Shown here one piece after another: positions 30,073-41,058 of a DNA stretch of 64,000 bases (its first letter is position 1; each line of letters opens with the position of its first letter). The DNA is from Candidatus Poribacteria bacterium (GTDB taxonomy: Bacteria; Poribacteria; WGA-4E; WGA-3G): contig CBDANF010000003.1 in NCBI GenBank assembly GCA_965197475.1, forward strand, positions 736,001-800,000. Direction: 5' to 3'. The position numbers were made by a program, and so were the translations under genes. Below the pieces are notes generated by a model, which saw only the letters and a list, made by a program, of their open reading frames with translations, had not been told where the DNA came from and did not search any database.

Positions 30073-31380
30073 TTATTTTTCAGACGCTTTGCTTTGCCGT
30101 GCCTGCCATACCCACCATAGTATTGCTGGAATGAGTGGAAGAGTAGTCATTCCCCACAAGACAAGACGGACACCAAACATGTCCATCATTGCACCGACGA
30201 TCGCCGTCGCAACAGCACCCATAAGCGTAAAAAGAGCAAACTCAGTGCCAAATATCCGTCCCCGAATCTCGTTAGGGGCACGTTGGAGGAGCAGTTGTGT
30301 TGAAAATACCCAAGCAATTCCCCCACCAACACTCCGGACGAAACCACCGAAAACCACAGTTGTTAGACTCAAAAGCGGTGCAGCAATCGCGAGTCCAACC
30401 GTTCCAATCAAATAACCGAGACTGATGCTCCGTCGAAGCGGTCTATCCCTATCACCTGTCCAATGTCTTGCGACAATAGGTCCTATACCACTGCCAACAC
30501 CGCCCATACAATACATCAATCCTAAACTGATAGCACCACCTTTGCCAATAACGAAGTGAGATTTTGCAATCTCAACCTGTGCAACCATAAATCCAGAAGA
30601 TAAAAGAAGTGCTATGGCTGCTTTATGTAACGATATGAAGAAAATATCAGGATGCCGGAACATATAACGTAGGGTCGTAAACTTTGAACTTCCTCGGACC
30701 TCTGCTTTAGAGTCAGAACGGTTCGGCAGTTTAATCTGTAGCAGAAGTCCAGCGGAAACGAAAAAAGTTAATCCATCGATAATAAAGGCGGTATGAACCC
30801 CAAAGAGTCCTGCTGTGAATCCACCGATAGCGGCACCAAGGGCAAGCATGACTGACCATGTTGTAGCACTCAAGGCATTCGCTGTACCGAGTTCTTGCCG
30901 TGAGGTAAGATCCGGTAGAATTGCACTGCGAGCAGGACTGAAAAAGCCGCTTATCCCAAATAGGAGTGCCACAAGGAAATAAAGCAGCAAGATGTCGTTT
31001 TCGTCTCGGACAAAGAGAAATCCTAAAACAAGTAGTCCTCTTACAATATCCGTAATGATAAGGAGATGCTTTCGGTTGTAGCGATCCGCGCATATCCCAG
31101 CGATCGGGGCTACAAAGAAAGGGGCAAGCATACGGATCGTAAACAACAAACCTAATGCTAACCCTGAATCTGTCAGATTGCGAATCAGTATTGCGGAAGC
31201 GATGATATTAAACCAATCACCTAAGAGACTGACAACCTGTCCTGCCCAAAGCCACCGAAAGTTCGGATTCGTTCGGATCAGTTTAAAGTAACCGACAATT
31301 TTTTCGCGATCTCTCTTTTGAGGATTCTGTTTAATGACTTTATCAGGCATAGTGGCGGCAACTTGTTCTTTGTTGGACAA
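30073..31380 (-). CDS. MFS transporter
   Basis: FRWLWAGQVVSLLGDWF, GICADRYNRK, about 12 hydrophobic segments. Confidence 0.9.
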   Translation of the reverse strand: MSNKEQVAATMPDKVIKQNPQKRDREKIVGYFKLIRTNPNFRWLWAGQVVSLLGDWFNIIASAILIRNLTDSGLALGLLFTIRMLAPFFVAPIAGICADRYNRKHLLIITDIVRGLLVLGFLFVRDENDILLLYFLVALLFGISGFFSPARSAILPDLTSRQELGTANALSATTWSVMLALGAAIGGFTAGLFGVHTAFIIDGLTFFVSAGLLLQIKLPNRSDSKAEVRGSSKFTTLRYMFRHPDIFFISLHKAAIALLLSSGFMVAQVEIAKSHFVIGKGGAISLGLMYCMGGVGSGIGPIVARHWTGDRDRPLRRSISLGYLIGTVGLAIAAPLLSLTTVVFGGFVRSVGGGIAWVFSTQLLLQRAPNEIRGRIFGTEFALFTLMGAVATAIVGAMMDMFGVRLVLWGMTTLPLIPAILWWVWQARQSKASEK

Positions 31381-32586
31381 CTATAACTCCCACCGTTCAT
31401 TGATCGGTTTCTGATAAACCTCAACGTCCCCTGATACTACATCTTCGTAATTGACTGCTTGTCCGCATGCGTTGGATTCGTAGATGGATTCGCAGATTGA
31501 TTTTGCGCGGAGTCCTGCTTCAGCATCCAGTTCCGGTGGACGGTTGTTTTCAATTGCATCTACAAAGTCGTAGCATTCAAGCACTACACCATCGGTGAAA
31601 TTGTGCGGAAAAAGTTGGAGTTTCTGTTCTTCAGAGAGGCTTTCCATATATTCAGAGATGAGACTTTCCATTGCATAGTGGGAACCATCCTTGAGAATTA
31701 CTTCTGCACCATCAAACGGTCCGTGGAAAATATCCCCATTATCAAGCAGACACCCCTCGCTCCCATAATAAACGACGTGATTAAACCCGTGTCCAACTGC
31801 TGCCCATGTGCATGTCCACAGTCCGATGACGCCGTTTTCGAAGTTAATTGTCACCACCCACGTGTCCTCTTGTTCGTTCTTAACAATCTCACCAGCCTTT
31901 GTAGCCTCAAGATTCTCAAATTGACAGACGCGTCCATAAACGGTGGTAGGATCGCCAAAGAGAAAACGTAAAGTATCGCAATAATGTGCGCCGGAGTCCA
32001 TTACCATACCTCCACCACCGAGTGTTAGGTCAAGTCTCCAGTGCCAGTCACTTTGCGGGTTCGGTTCACGATAACTCGCGTGTTGCGCGCAGAACATGCG
32101 GAGCCCACCAAGCATCTGTTTTTCATTCATCAGCTATTCCGCTGTGTGGCGACTCGGCATTCGTCGGATATTCTCTGCAGTAGCAGCGATTTTGCCATTT
32201 GCTTTTGCAGCGGCAATAATCGCATGGGTTGCTTTTACAGTAACCCCCATCGGCTTTTCAACCATGACGTTGACACCAGCGTTGAGACATTTAATGGCGT
32301 TGATATGGTGATGCGCGTGTGAAGTGCAAATATCTGCGCTGTCTAAATCAACTGTTGAAAGCATTGTGTCAGTGTCGTCAAACACTGCAGGTTTCTTACC
32401 TGTTACCTCTTTGACACGGTTGGCGAAGTTATCCGCACGATCTTTAACTTCATCGCACATCGCGACGAGTTCCACTTTACCGGGTTCTGTATTGTGAATT
32501 GTAAGATAAGCGTTGAGATGACCGTTTGCCATTCCACCACAACCGATAATCGCAATCCGAATTGACATGAGATCCACCCTTTTCAA
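31381..32586 (-). pseudogene. Gfo/Idh/MocA oxidoreductase split by an in-frame TAG
   Basis: IIGCGGMA..MVEKP half and DSGAHYCD half are in one frame, separated by TAG at 32134-32136. Confidence 0.85.
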
Positions 32587-32908
32587 AGTAAGAAATTTCT
32601 GTAAGACTTTTTGATATAAGAAACGAAAAGTAGAATACTACAGATACGGATTTTTGGCAATCTGTAAGTTTTTGGCAGCATAGAATGTCCGCGCTTTTAC
32701 TTCATGTTGAAGCGTTTTGGCTTAAAGTAATTGGGTTGTTATGAAGGAAGGAATAAAATGGCAGGGAAAACGCCAATTCAATTTCCGGATGTCTTTGATA
32801 TGATATGAAATTTGGAATAGGTAAGATTGAAGGACTCACCGTAAAAGGCAACTATTAAAATTATCTCTCACGGTGATTTTCCTACATGATTGATATAAGT
32901 TATAGCAA

Positions 32909-33283
32909 CTACGGATAATGAATCCCCAATTTGCGGCACATCTTTCGGATTTTACTAATCGCGCCGCCGACTCTCCTCCCGTCTCGTGTGACACCAAAGA
33001 GATGTTGGCTTACAACGCGGCGAGAAATACCCAGAATATCTCCAATCTCATCCTGCGTTTTCCCTTCATAGAAATAGAGTTGAATGCAATCGTTTTGACG
33101 GTCAGTGAGTTCTTTGGAGATAATCTGACGAATCTGTTTTAAGACTTTCTGTCGTTTTGCTCGACGCGCCTTTGTATATTCGTCAGATAGGGACTGATAC
33201 CAGAGGTGGTCTTCCGTAGTCAGTTGGTCAAAAAATTCCGGTGGGACCGGAACTTCCCAAAAGTCCGGATTAAAATTGGACAT
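32909..33283 (-). CDS. Sigma-70 region-4-like HTH protein lacking region 2
   Basis: LTDRQ..CIQLYFYEGKTQDEIGDILGISRRVV; GAGGAG RBS. Confidence 0.75.
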   Translation of the reverse strand: MSNFNPDFWEVPVPPEFFDQLTTEDHLWYQSLSDEYTKARRAKRQKVLKQIRQIISKELTDRQNDCIQLYFYEGKTQDEIGDILGISRRVVSQHLFGVTRDGRRVGGAISKIRKMCRKLGIHYP

Positions 33284-33331
33284 AGATAACGACTCCTCAG
33301 AATGAAGCGCGGGTACCTATGCCATTTCAAA

Positions 33332-33412
33332 TCAATATATTGATAATGGACAGAGGCACCATCGCCTTAGACACAATATGAGATTAAGGGTGGCGTGGTT
33401 CAAAGACAACAT
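33332..33412 (-). CDS. Putative 26-aa leader peptide MLSLNHATLNLILCLRRWCLCPLSIY
   Basis: AGGAGGA 6 nt before the ATG; below the ORF-track size cut-off. Confidence 0.4.
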   Translation of the reverse strand: MLSLNHATLNLILCLRRWCLCPLSIY

Positions 33413-34030
33413 AATGGTTCCTCCTTGTTTTTGTGTAAGTGTTAGGATGCTGAATAGACATCAATGAAATCTCATGCATATATTCTTCATGCAAAAGTAT
33501 ACAATAAAACTAAAAAAATCGCAATGGTTTTACCTATACACATTTTCGGATGCACTTTTGCAATAAAATACAGAAAAAAGTTAAAACGTAACGCAAAATT
33601 CGAATTATTGAGTTTCATTGCGTTTAACCCGTAGGTGGCAATAAAGAAAATACCTCTGCTTTTATGTTGTTATGCGGTGTGTTGTCTGAATCGCGAATTT
33701 ACGCGGATTTCGGGAAACCTTCTGTGAAATCAACACCGAAGGCGCGCATGGAATTTCGCGGCTACAAATGCCGTAAACCTAAAGAAAATTGTAATTTCGT
33801 TTGGAGTTGAAAGGAGGACAGTGTAGATTAGATGGATGGGTTGTTGCACATCTCATGTAGGATTTATTGGTTATCGCCGAAGTAACATTTGTTCATTATC
33901 TGGTCATCTTGCCTCGCGATCTTTCTCAAGAACTTGCTTATCAAATTGTGCTACGATTTTTTTACAAATATCAGGTAATTCTTTAATATTAAAATCTGAT
34001 AAATAGGCTCCGTAAATATTCTCATATAAT

Positions 34031-35072
34031 AGACATTATAATGAATTAAATAGAAGGAGTTTCATAACGCCAGGGTCTGAAGTTTAGGCGAAAATTGTGT
34101 AAACCACAACAGGTTTCCATAACTAAATCACAAAACCCTTTCTTCCAATTCCTGAGTTTATCTTTGACAATGCGGCATCTTTTGACACCACTAATCGCAT
34201 GTTCAACGCGTATGTGTATAGACGCTATCTTTCGATTGTTTTCTTTTTCTTCATTCGTCCGTTCTCTACCTCTCGGTTTTTTCTTCGGTTGAATGATGTT
34301 TATATCCGGGAGAACGAAACCCTGAAAACCGGTATCTTGGGACAATGTGCTACCCTGTGGCACACAATAGCCCACCATATCGGCTATGTGTTTGTCATGG
34401 TGTCTTCCTTCAAAAGAAGGTGTCAATAGGACAACTTTGCAGGTCTCATTGATAATCAAATTATTTTTCACTGTATGACATTTCTTTTTACCACTATAAT
34501 AACCCTTTTGAGTTTGTGGGTCTTTGGGGCATCGTATCGGGCGTTCGGTGCTATCATGAAAAAAAATGTTCTCCTTCTTGATTTTGAGTTGATACTTTTG
34601 ATGGAGCACATATAGGGGCGGGGTCTGTTTCCCGAGATGGCAACTCTCCAAGTTCTGCTAATGCTTTGTTCAATATCGATAAAAGCAAGTGAATCCATCT
34701 ATTAGCAAGAGGTTGAGACATGCCAAAGAGCGCACCGAATAGCACTTGTTTCGGTGCTTCACGAAGGTAAATCAGTATAAATAGCAACATATCTTCAGGT
34801 GTATCAAAACGACTATTTTTATACGGTTTATATCTCCGTTTTTTGCGCGGTTTTCCTGCAAGGGTATGTGTTTGAACATACTCTAAAAAACATTTAGTAA
34901 AATAAGGTGATAGTTCAGTCCAATCTTCTAAGGTATATCCGGTGAGGGACAGGAGCGTATCAGGTTTGTCCTTTAGTTCTTGAAAACTTATCATGAGTTA
35001 GCCTCCTATTGTCCGATTGTAATAAGTATAATAGAGACTAACCAAACGGACAACTAATTAGTTATAATGTCT
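34031..35072 (-). mobile_element. IS5-family (ISL2-like, HTH + DDE) insertion sequence
   Basis: TIR AGACATTATAA(TG/CT)AATTA, 3-bp AAT duplication, two-ORF transposase. Confidence 0.9.
34046..34994 (-). CDS. Split transposase: HTH ORF 34554-34994 and DDE ORF ending at 34046, joinable at a T8 run
   Basis: LLFILIYLR..LFGMSQ; FHDSTERPI, QDTGFQG, IRVEHAISGVK. Confidence 0.85.
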
Positions 35073-35682
35073 AATATTTCCTCTGGAAATACTTTAGATA
35101 AATGAGATTTTATAGAGGATTCATATATTGGCGTGGAATCCTCAAGAATTGCTTCGACTCTTTCATGGAGTACTTGACGTTGTTCCTTGCTAGACATTTT
35201 TTGAGTATAAACAGCTGCGAGTACTATTCGGCCAGTTTTAACACCTGTTTTATACTTTTCTTCACTCGCCTTAACACGTAAACTGTATTCAATAATATCT
35301 TTTTCAGAGGTTCTAAGCTTATTGAGTAGCTCAACCGGCTCAACTTTCACATCTGTAAAATTTAGTAATTCTCTTTTAATATTGCTTTCGATTGCCTTTT
35401 CAATGGTTTCGTCATTAATATCTATTAATAACTCAACATGAAATTCAACGAGTGGTGAATCTCTACGTTTAACTCGTAAACTTTGCAGGTCTCGTAAAAT
35501 TTCAACCGATTCTTTAGTGATTTTTCCATCACCGCTTATCAACACTTCAACTCGGCGTCCAGGAGGTTGTCCTGTAAAATAAAGAAAGCAAATAATAGTA
35601 ATTGCAGCGAGTAATAAAAGTATCCAAACTTTTTTCATCAATGTTCCCTTTTAATAATTCATATTGCCGTGTTTTCACTTCG

Positions 35683-37117
35683 CTAACTGAGATTACGCAG
35701 GTTTATCTCAATAAGACGTTTGAGATCCTCGTCCTCTGCTTGTGTTGCAAGTTCCAATGCTATTCGGAGATCGTCCTTTTCCTCTTCAATGAGTCCCAGT
35801 AAATCCTTCGCAAGCGAACGATAATAGTAGTAATTGGCTAATGATGCTTCATCTTTTTCGAGACAGATAGCTGTGTTGAAATCGGCAATAGCATCTTCAT
35901 ACTGTGACAGGTTCCCTTTTGCTTTTCCACGATTAAAATAGGCTTCTGCATGTTTGGGGTTTAGGGAAATTGCATCGGAAAAATCGTTGATAGCGGTATC
36001 ATATCGTCCGCGCTCGTTATTCGCGAGTCCTCGCCAATAGTAACTTTTAGCATCATTAGGGTTCAGGTTGATAGCCGTGTCAAAATCGGCAATAGCATCT
36101 TCATATCCACCCTGATATTGTCCAAAAACGTATTTTGAAACTCCACGCCAGTGATAACTCTCGGCATTATTGGGATTTATATTGATAGCCTTATCAAAAT
36201 CAGCGATGGCATCTTCATGTTGACTTAGTCGGAATTTAGCGATTCCTCGCCAGTGATAACTCTCGGCATTATTGGGATTTATGTTGGTAGCCTTATCAAA
36301 ATCAGTGATGGCATCTTCATGTTGTTCATTTTCTCCTTTAGCAAGTCCACGCAAGAAGTAAGTTTGGGCATCATTGGGGTCTATACCAATCGCTTCGTCA
36401 TAGTAGGCAGTGGCTTGCTCATATTCACCTCTTTGATATGATTCTGAACCGCGATCCCTATAGTCAGAAGTATCAGGCTGAAAATACGATATACCCTCAC
36501 TTCGTAGGCGTGCGAAACCATCAAAGTCCGGAACAGCATTGCTTCAGTGATATCTGCCACTTCTCGCAACTCGGTTAGAATATCTTGCTTGCTGCCTTCT
36601 TGAATGATACATTCTTCATCCGCTTCAAATTGGAAATGTCCAAACAGGAAGATAGACTGCTGTGCAATAATACGATTGTTTAAATGCCGAGGTTGCCATT
36701 GATACAACCGAGCCATCTCACCGTCTTGAAGAAAGTAATCAATCTTTTCTTTTAACAATTCTGGCGTGATCTTTTTAAACTTAGCTCGATCTTTACGAAC
36801 CGCAAGAACCTTACCATTTGGAGGATTGCAATGTTGAGGGGTTTTCGGATCCTGTCCGCAGGCAAACCATAGTGCAACTTGAGCACTATAGGAGAAATCT
36901 ATCAAACAAGTGGCTGCTCCATGATGCTGAAGTTCAGCAAGTACTTCTAAATCCTCTAATTCCCGTCCATTTTTCTCGTCGATACCTTGCAGGCGTGCAT
37001 CTTCAATCAAACTCTTATTTATTTCAACGAATTTTTTAAAATTTCTGTTACTTTTTGGGCGGCGAAAAGCGGAAGCTTGTATTCCGTATGTTTCATTTGG
37101 CACCCCGCGAAATAGGT
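35683..37117 (-). pseudogene. FRG-domain + TPR protein, 5'-truncated by an IS and frameshifted near 36530
   Basis: LFRG at the IS edge, LQHHGAATCLIDFS, NNRIIAQQSIF; LF|PDFDG frame switch; several TPRs. Confidence 0.85.
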
Positions 37118-38473
37118 CTGATATTTCTCAGAATGGTCTTGAACCTAATAATAATCAATAGAAACAAGGTATAGCACCATGAAAATGCGTTTTTGCTGTG
37201 TCCATTTTCCTTGACTTTTATAGCATGAGATAGCATCCTAATTACAGATTTGAATATAAACAAACATTAGGAGGATATCTCATGCTAACTCAGCTTATCA
37301 AATCTACCACTTTTTTTCAAGAACTTCTATCTTCACAGTTTCGGACCTTGAAACAGCATTTTGTTCATACCTTAGTGTTTTTGTCAACCTGCCATCTGTT
37401 TGGGCTCACTAACCCGGATCAAGTGGCGGATGCGTTGTCTATTCCGAAAACGAGGCTATATCGGGAACTGAACACGATGAGTCTTTATCTCTGGCAGCAT
37501 CTTTTTGTGCGTATCGGGTGTTCTATTGCGTTAGAGGTGCTACAGGAGGCAGTATCAAAAAGTGCTGCTTCTCTATCGCGTCTGTGTATCGTCATCAGTG
37601 TGGATGATACCTTTGTTTTCCGCTATGGAGAGGGTCTCGCCTACACATCCAATTGGTGGTCTTCTCAAGCAAAACAGCCGATGAAGGGGCAAAATATATT
37701 GGGGATCGTTCTAAAGATTGGAAAACGGATCATTCCCCTGAATATGCGACTGATCAGCAAACAAGGCCGCGGGAATACGGATAAACCCTCCTGTGTCATC
37801 ACTATGTTCAAGGAAGTGGTGTTCTTCTTTGAAGAGACCGGAATAGATATCCGAAACTATCCGATCACCTTTGATTCGTGGTATGGTAGCCGCCACTTGA
37901 TTGACACCTTGCGAGAAATGGGATTTGAAACGATCCTTGTGCACGGAAAAAGCAACTATGTGATGACGATTGATGAAAAAAGGGCGAAACTCTCGGAACA
38001 TAAAAAGTCGATCAAACTCCTCTCCAATCAATGGGGGTGCGATAAACCGGTCTATCGGACTAAAGCCACAAGTCCAACTTTTGGAAAAGTAGTGGTGTTG
38101 TTCTTGGCAGACCGTGGCAAAGTCCGAACAATGCTCGTATTCGGGAAACCACTCCGTGCTTGTGAAATCCTGCGGATATGGTCTCAACACCACGGTATAG
38201 AACAGTATTGGCGGCATCTAAAAACAGACCTAAACCTCGCATCCATGAGCCTAAAAGGACGGAATGGCGCGTATGTGAACTTAGGTGTGAAAGTGATGAG
38301 CTACCTTTTGATACAGCAGGTCAGTCGCTCCGTGCGAAAAACCTTTCATCAAGGACAACTTGAACTTTCAGGACAGAGGCAGATGCTGTCTGATCTCAGC
38401 GAGCATTTTCATGAACAAATACCAAGAAAACATTGATAAACATTGACATATGAAGAATTTTGATAAATATCAG
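37118..38473 (+). mobile_element. IS701/IS4-like insertion sequence
   Basis: 15/17 TIR CTGATATTTCTCAGAAT / ATTTTGATAAATATCAG; no exact target duplication. Confidence 0.85.
37282..38436 (+). CDS. DDE transposase (IS701/IS4-like)
   Basis: ISVDDT, TFDSWY, HHGIEQYWRHLK; AGGAGG RBS. Confidence 0.88.
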   Translation: MLTQLIKSTTFFQELLSSQFRTLKQHFVHTLVFLSTCHLFGLTNPDQVADALSIPKTRLYRELNTMSLYLWQHLFVRIGCSIALEVLQEAVSKSAASLSRLCIVISVDDTFVFRYGEGLAYTSNWWSSQAKQPMKGQNILGIVLKIGKRIIPLNMRLISKQGRGNTDKPSCVITMFKEVVFFFEETGIDIRNYPITFDSWYGSRHLIDTLREMGFETILVHGKSNYVMTIDEKRAKLSEHKKSIKLLSNQWGCDKPVYRTKATSPTFGKVVVLFLADRGKVRTMLVFGKPLRACEILRIWSQHHGIEQYWRHLKTDLNLASMSLKGRNGAYVNLGVKVMSYLLIQQVSRSVRKTFHQGQLELSGQRQMLSDLSEHFHEQIPRKH

Positions 38474-38584
38474 AAGTAGTTCGCCCTTCTCCCATTTTCC
38501 TAATTCTGGAACAGTACCTGCAAAGGCACTAAATCCTATTAGCATAGTCATTAAGAATACATTTACAATAATAACTCTGTTCAC
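38474..38584 (-). pseudogene. 5' fragment of a secreted protein cut by the IS
   Basis: AAGGAG RBS, signal peptide MNRVIIVNVFLMTMLIGFSAFA, then reads into the IS end. Confidence 0.6.
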
Positions 38585-38619
38585 GTAAATTTCTCCTTTG
38601 CGCGCTTTGCAGGCGCGCC

Positions 38620-38995
38620 TTATATGATTAATTTTTTCCCCGCATGAGAGATTCTATCTCAGGCAGTATTTCAGCCACTGCTGCTTGGTCAACCTATTCA
38701 GCGATACCCGAATAACCTGCGGTGTTTATCATCTCAGCGAGATTTTGTCCGAGTTGTTCAATTGTCCATGCAACCGAATCCGGCACACTTGTTTTATCAA
38801 GTTTCCGATGATCGTTCTTTCCTGAAGGATCGTAGTGATAGTGTGGGTTTTTTCGGAAGCAGTCAAAACGTAGCAGTTGAACATTTTGCCATCTGCTTCA
38901 CCGAAAACGCGCACGGAAGGACCGCCATCTTCACCGAAATTACGATTGTCCACATGGAATTCAACGCCACCAGCGTGGAATATTTTTTCTTCCAT
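38620..38995 (-). pseudogene. Hypothetical protein (LLRFDCF..PHYHY family) with a frameshift and an internal TAG
   Basis: Frame switch in an A4 run at about 38884-38887 gives VQLLRFDCFRKNPHYHYDP; TAG at 38694-38696; 3' end approximate. Confidence 0.65.
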
Positions 38996-39140
38996 GATTT
39001 TTCTCCCTGTTTGTTAGAGATTTTGAGCAATTATACATTAAAATCTTTGTTCGTGTCAACTGAAAAATAACTAACGTTGAGCAACGCGGTAGGCAAAAAT
39101 CACCCAAAATCTTTTTTATAGCATTTACTATAAAAAACAC

Positions 39141-39169
39141 TTGCAAACCTGATAACAACATGCTATACT
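39141..39169 (+). promoter_or_regulatory. Sigma70-type promoter of the moaA-suf operon
   Basis: TTGCAA-N17-TATACT with extended -10 TG. Confidence 0.65.
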
Positions 39170-39198
39170 ATTAAAAAATCAAATCGGTTTATTTAACA

Positions 39199-40194
39199 AT
39201 GAAACAGCAACTACTCGATGGTTTTGGACGTGTCCATACGAACCTCAGAATCTCCGTTACAGATGTATGCAACTTTCGGTGCATCTACTGTATGCCTGAA
39301 GATATGGTATTTATGCCTGGTTCGGCAGTGATGACGTACGACGAGATTCTGCATTTTACACGTATCTTTGTCGGGCTTGGAGTCAATAAGGTTCGGATAA
39401 CGGGAGGCGAACCGCTTGTGCGTCCCGGGGTACCGCAACTTATAGAACAACTTGGGCAGATAGATGCGTTGAAAGACATCAGTTTGACAACTAACGGCAT
39501 CGGACTTATTGCACAAGCACAGGCACTTTACGATGCTGGACTTAGACGTATCAATGTGAGTCTGGATACGCTCAACGAAGAGAAGTTTGAGCAGATGACG
39601 CGACGGAAAGTCCTTTCACGTGTCCTTAAAGGGCTTAAAGCGGCACACGAATGCGGATTCAATCCGATTAAAGTCAACGCTGTCGCAATGCGCGGGTTTA
39701 CCGACGATGAAATCGTGGATTTAGCCACTTTCGCACGCGAGAACAGTTATCAACTGCGGTTCATAGAATTTATGCCGCTTGATGCCGATGATATTTGGGG
39801 ACGAAATATGTTTATCCCCGGCAAAGAGATTATTGATAAAATTAGCAATGTTTACCCACTGGAACGGATGACACTAAACGGCGATTCAAAGAGCGATACA
39901 GCACAACGTTTCCGCTTCGCTGATAACGGCACTGAGGTAGGCGTGATACCTTCCGTAAGTGAGCCATTTTGTGAAAGTTGTAATCGGATCCGTCTCACTG
40001 CTGATGGGAAGTTCAGAACGTGCCTCTTCTCAATAACAGAGACCGACCTACTCACGCCATTACGCGAAGGCACAGACGATGAAGTGATTGAAGATTTAAT
40101 AATTGATGCAGTGGCGAAAAAAGAGGCGGGACATAAAATTAATGCTGCGGACTTTGTCAAACCTGAGCGGAATATGTCAAGGATCGGCGGATAA
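39199..40194 (+). CDS. moaA: GTP 3',8-cyclase (radical SAM)
   Basis: CNFRCIYC, FIEFMP, FCESCNRIRLTADGKFRTCL, C-terminal MSRIGG. Confidence 0.97.
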   Translation: MKQQLLDGFGRVHTNLRISVTDVCNFRCIYCMPEDMVFMPGSAVMTYDEILHFTRIFVGLGVNKVRITGGEPLVRPGVPQLIEQLGQIDALKDISLTTNGIGLIAQAQALYDAGLRRINVSLDTLNEEKFEQMTRRKVLSRVLKGLKAAHECGFNPIKVNAVAMRGFTDDEIVDLATFARENSYQLRFIEFMPLDADDIWGRNMFIPGKEIIDKISNVYPLERMTLNGDSKSDTAQRFRFADNGTEVGVIPSVSEPFCESCNRIRLTADGKFRTCLFSITETDLLTPLREGTDDEVIEDLIIDAVAKKEAGHKINAADFVKPERNMSRIGG

Positions 40195-40251
40195 GCACTA
40201 ATACACGCAAAAATAACAAATCTAAATTTAAGAAGGAGTCCGAGTCAAAAG

Positions 40252-41043
40252 ATGAGCAACGACCTAATAATTAAAGACTTACACATCAGTGCGCAAGGAA
40301 ATCCGATTATCAAAGGGTTAAATTTAACAATAAAACAAGGCGAAGTTCATGCCCTCATGGGACCCAATGGTTCTGGTAAAAGCACACTCGCGAACGGATT
40401 GATGGGACACCCCCTATACGAAATTGAATCGGGCGAGGTAGTTTTTGATGGTGTTGATATTCTGGAATTGGAGCCGAATGAACGCGCAAAGTTAGGACTT
40501 TTCCTCGCTTTTCAATACCCGACAGTTATTCCGGGTGTTAGTTTAGCGAATTTCCTACGGCTCGCTGTTAGTGCTGTTCGTTCTGCAGAAACAAACGGTT
40601 CCGAAAACAACGAACTGATTCCGATGCGGGAATTCCGTAAAGAACTACGTGAAAAAATGTTACAACTCGGCGTGGACGATTCTTTCGCGAGACGTTATCT
40701 CAATGATGGATTTTCCGGTGGTGAGAAAAAACGCGCCGAAATCCTGCAAATGGCGATGCTTGAACCGAAAATCGCTATCCTTGACGAAACTGACTCCGGA
40801 CTTGATATTGATGCTGTGCGAATTGTCGGAGAAAGCGTCAGCAGCTTGGTCGGACCTGAACTCGGTGTGTTGATTATCACACACTATCCTCGGTTGTTAG
40901 ACTACATCCGTCCGCAGTATGTGCATATACTACTTGATGGTAGGATTGTCGAATCCGGCGGATGGGAACTTACACAGATGTTAGAAGCAGAAGGCTATGA
41001 TCCTATTCGTGAAAAATATGGTATTGCTGAGGCTGTTCAGTAA
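40252..41043 (+). CDS. sufC: Fe-S assembly ATPase SufC
   Basis: GPNGSGKST, FLAFQYP, FSGGEKKR, LDETDSGLDID. Confidence 0.97.
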   Translation: MSNDLIIKDLHISAQGNPIIKGLNLTIKQGEVHALMGPNGSGKSTLANGLMGHPLYEIESGEVVFDGVDILELEPNERAKLGLFLAFQYPTVIPGVSLANFLRLAVSAVRSAETNGSENNELIPMREFRKELREKMLQLGVDDSFARRYLNDGFSGGEKKRAEILQMAMLEPKIAILDETDSGLDIDAVRIVGESVSSLVGPELGVLIITHYPRLLDYIRPQYVHILLDGRIVESGGWELTQMLEAEGYDPIREKYGIAEAVQ

Positions 41044-41058
41044 ATATCCTAAGAGGAA

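Larger units (their letters stand above)
33904..35641 (-). pseudogene. Membrane-anchored/secreted hypothetical gene interrupted by an IS5-like element
   Basis: Removing 34031-35072 and one AAT restores ...VFPEEILYENIYGAYLSDF...KDREAR*. Confidence 0.8.

Noticed and set aside
32134-32136. Pyrrolysine or amber recoding in the oxidoreductase
   Set aside because: TAG is an ordinary stop in many genes here, no pyl genes are seen, and a TGG>TAG mutation or sequencing error is simpler.
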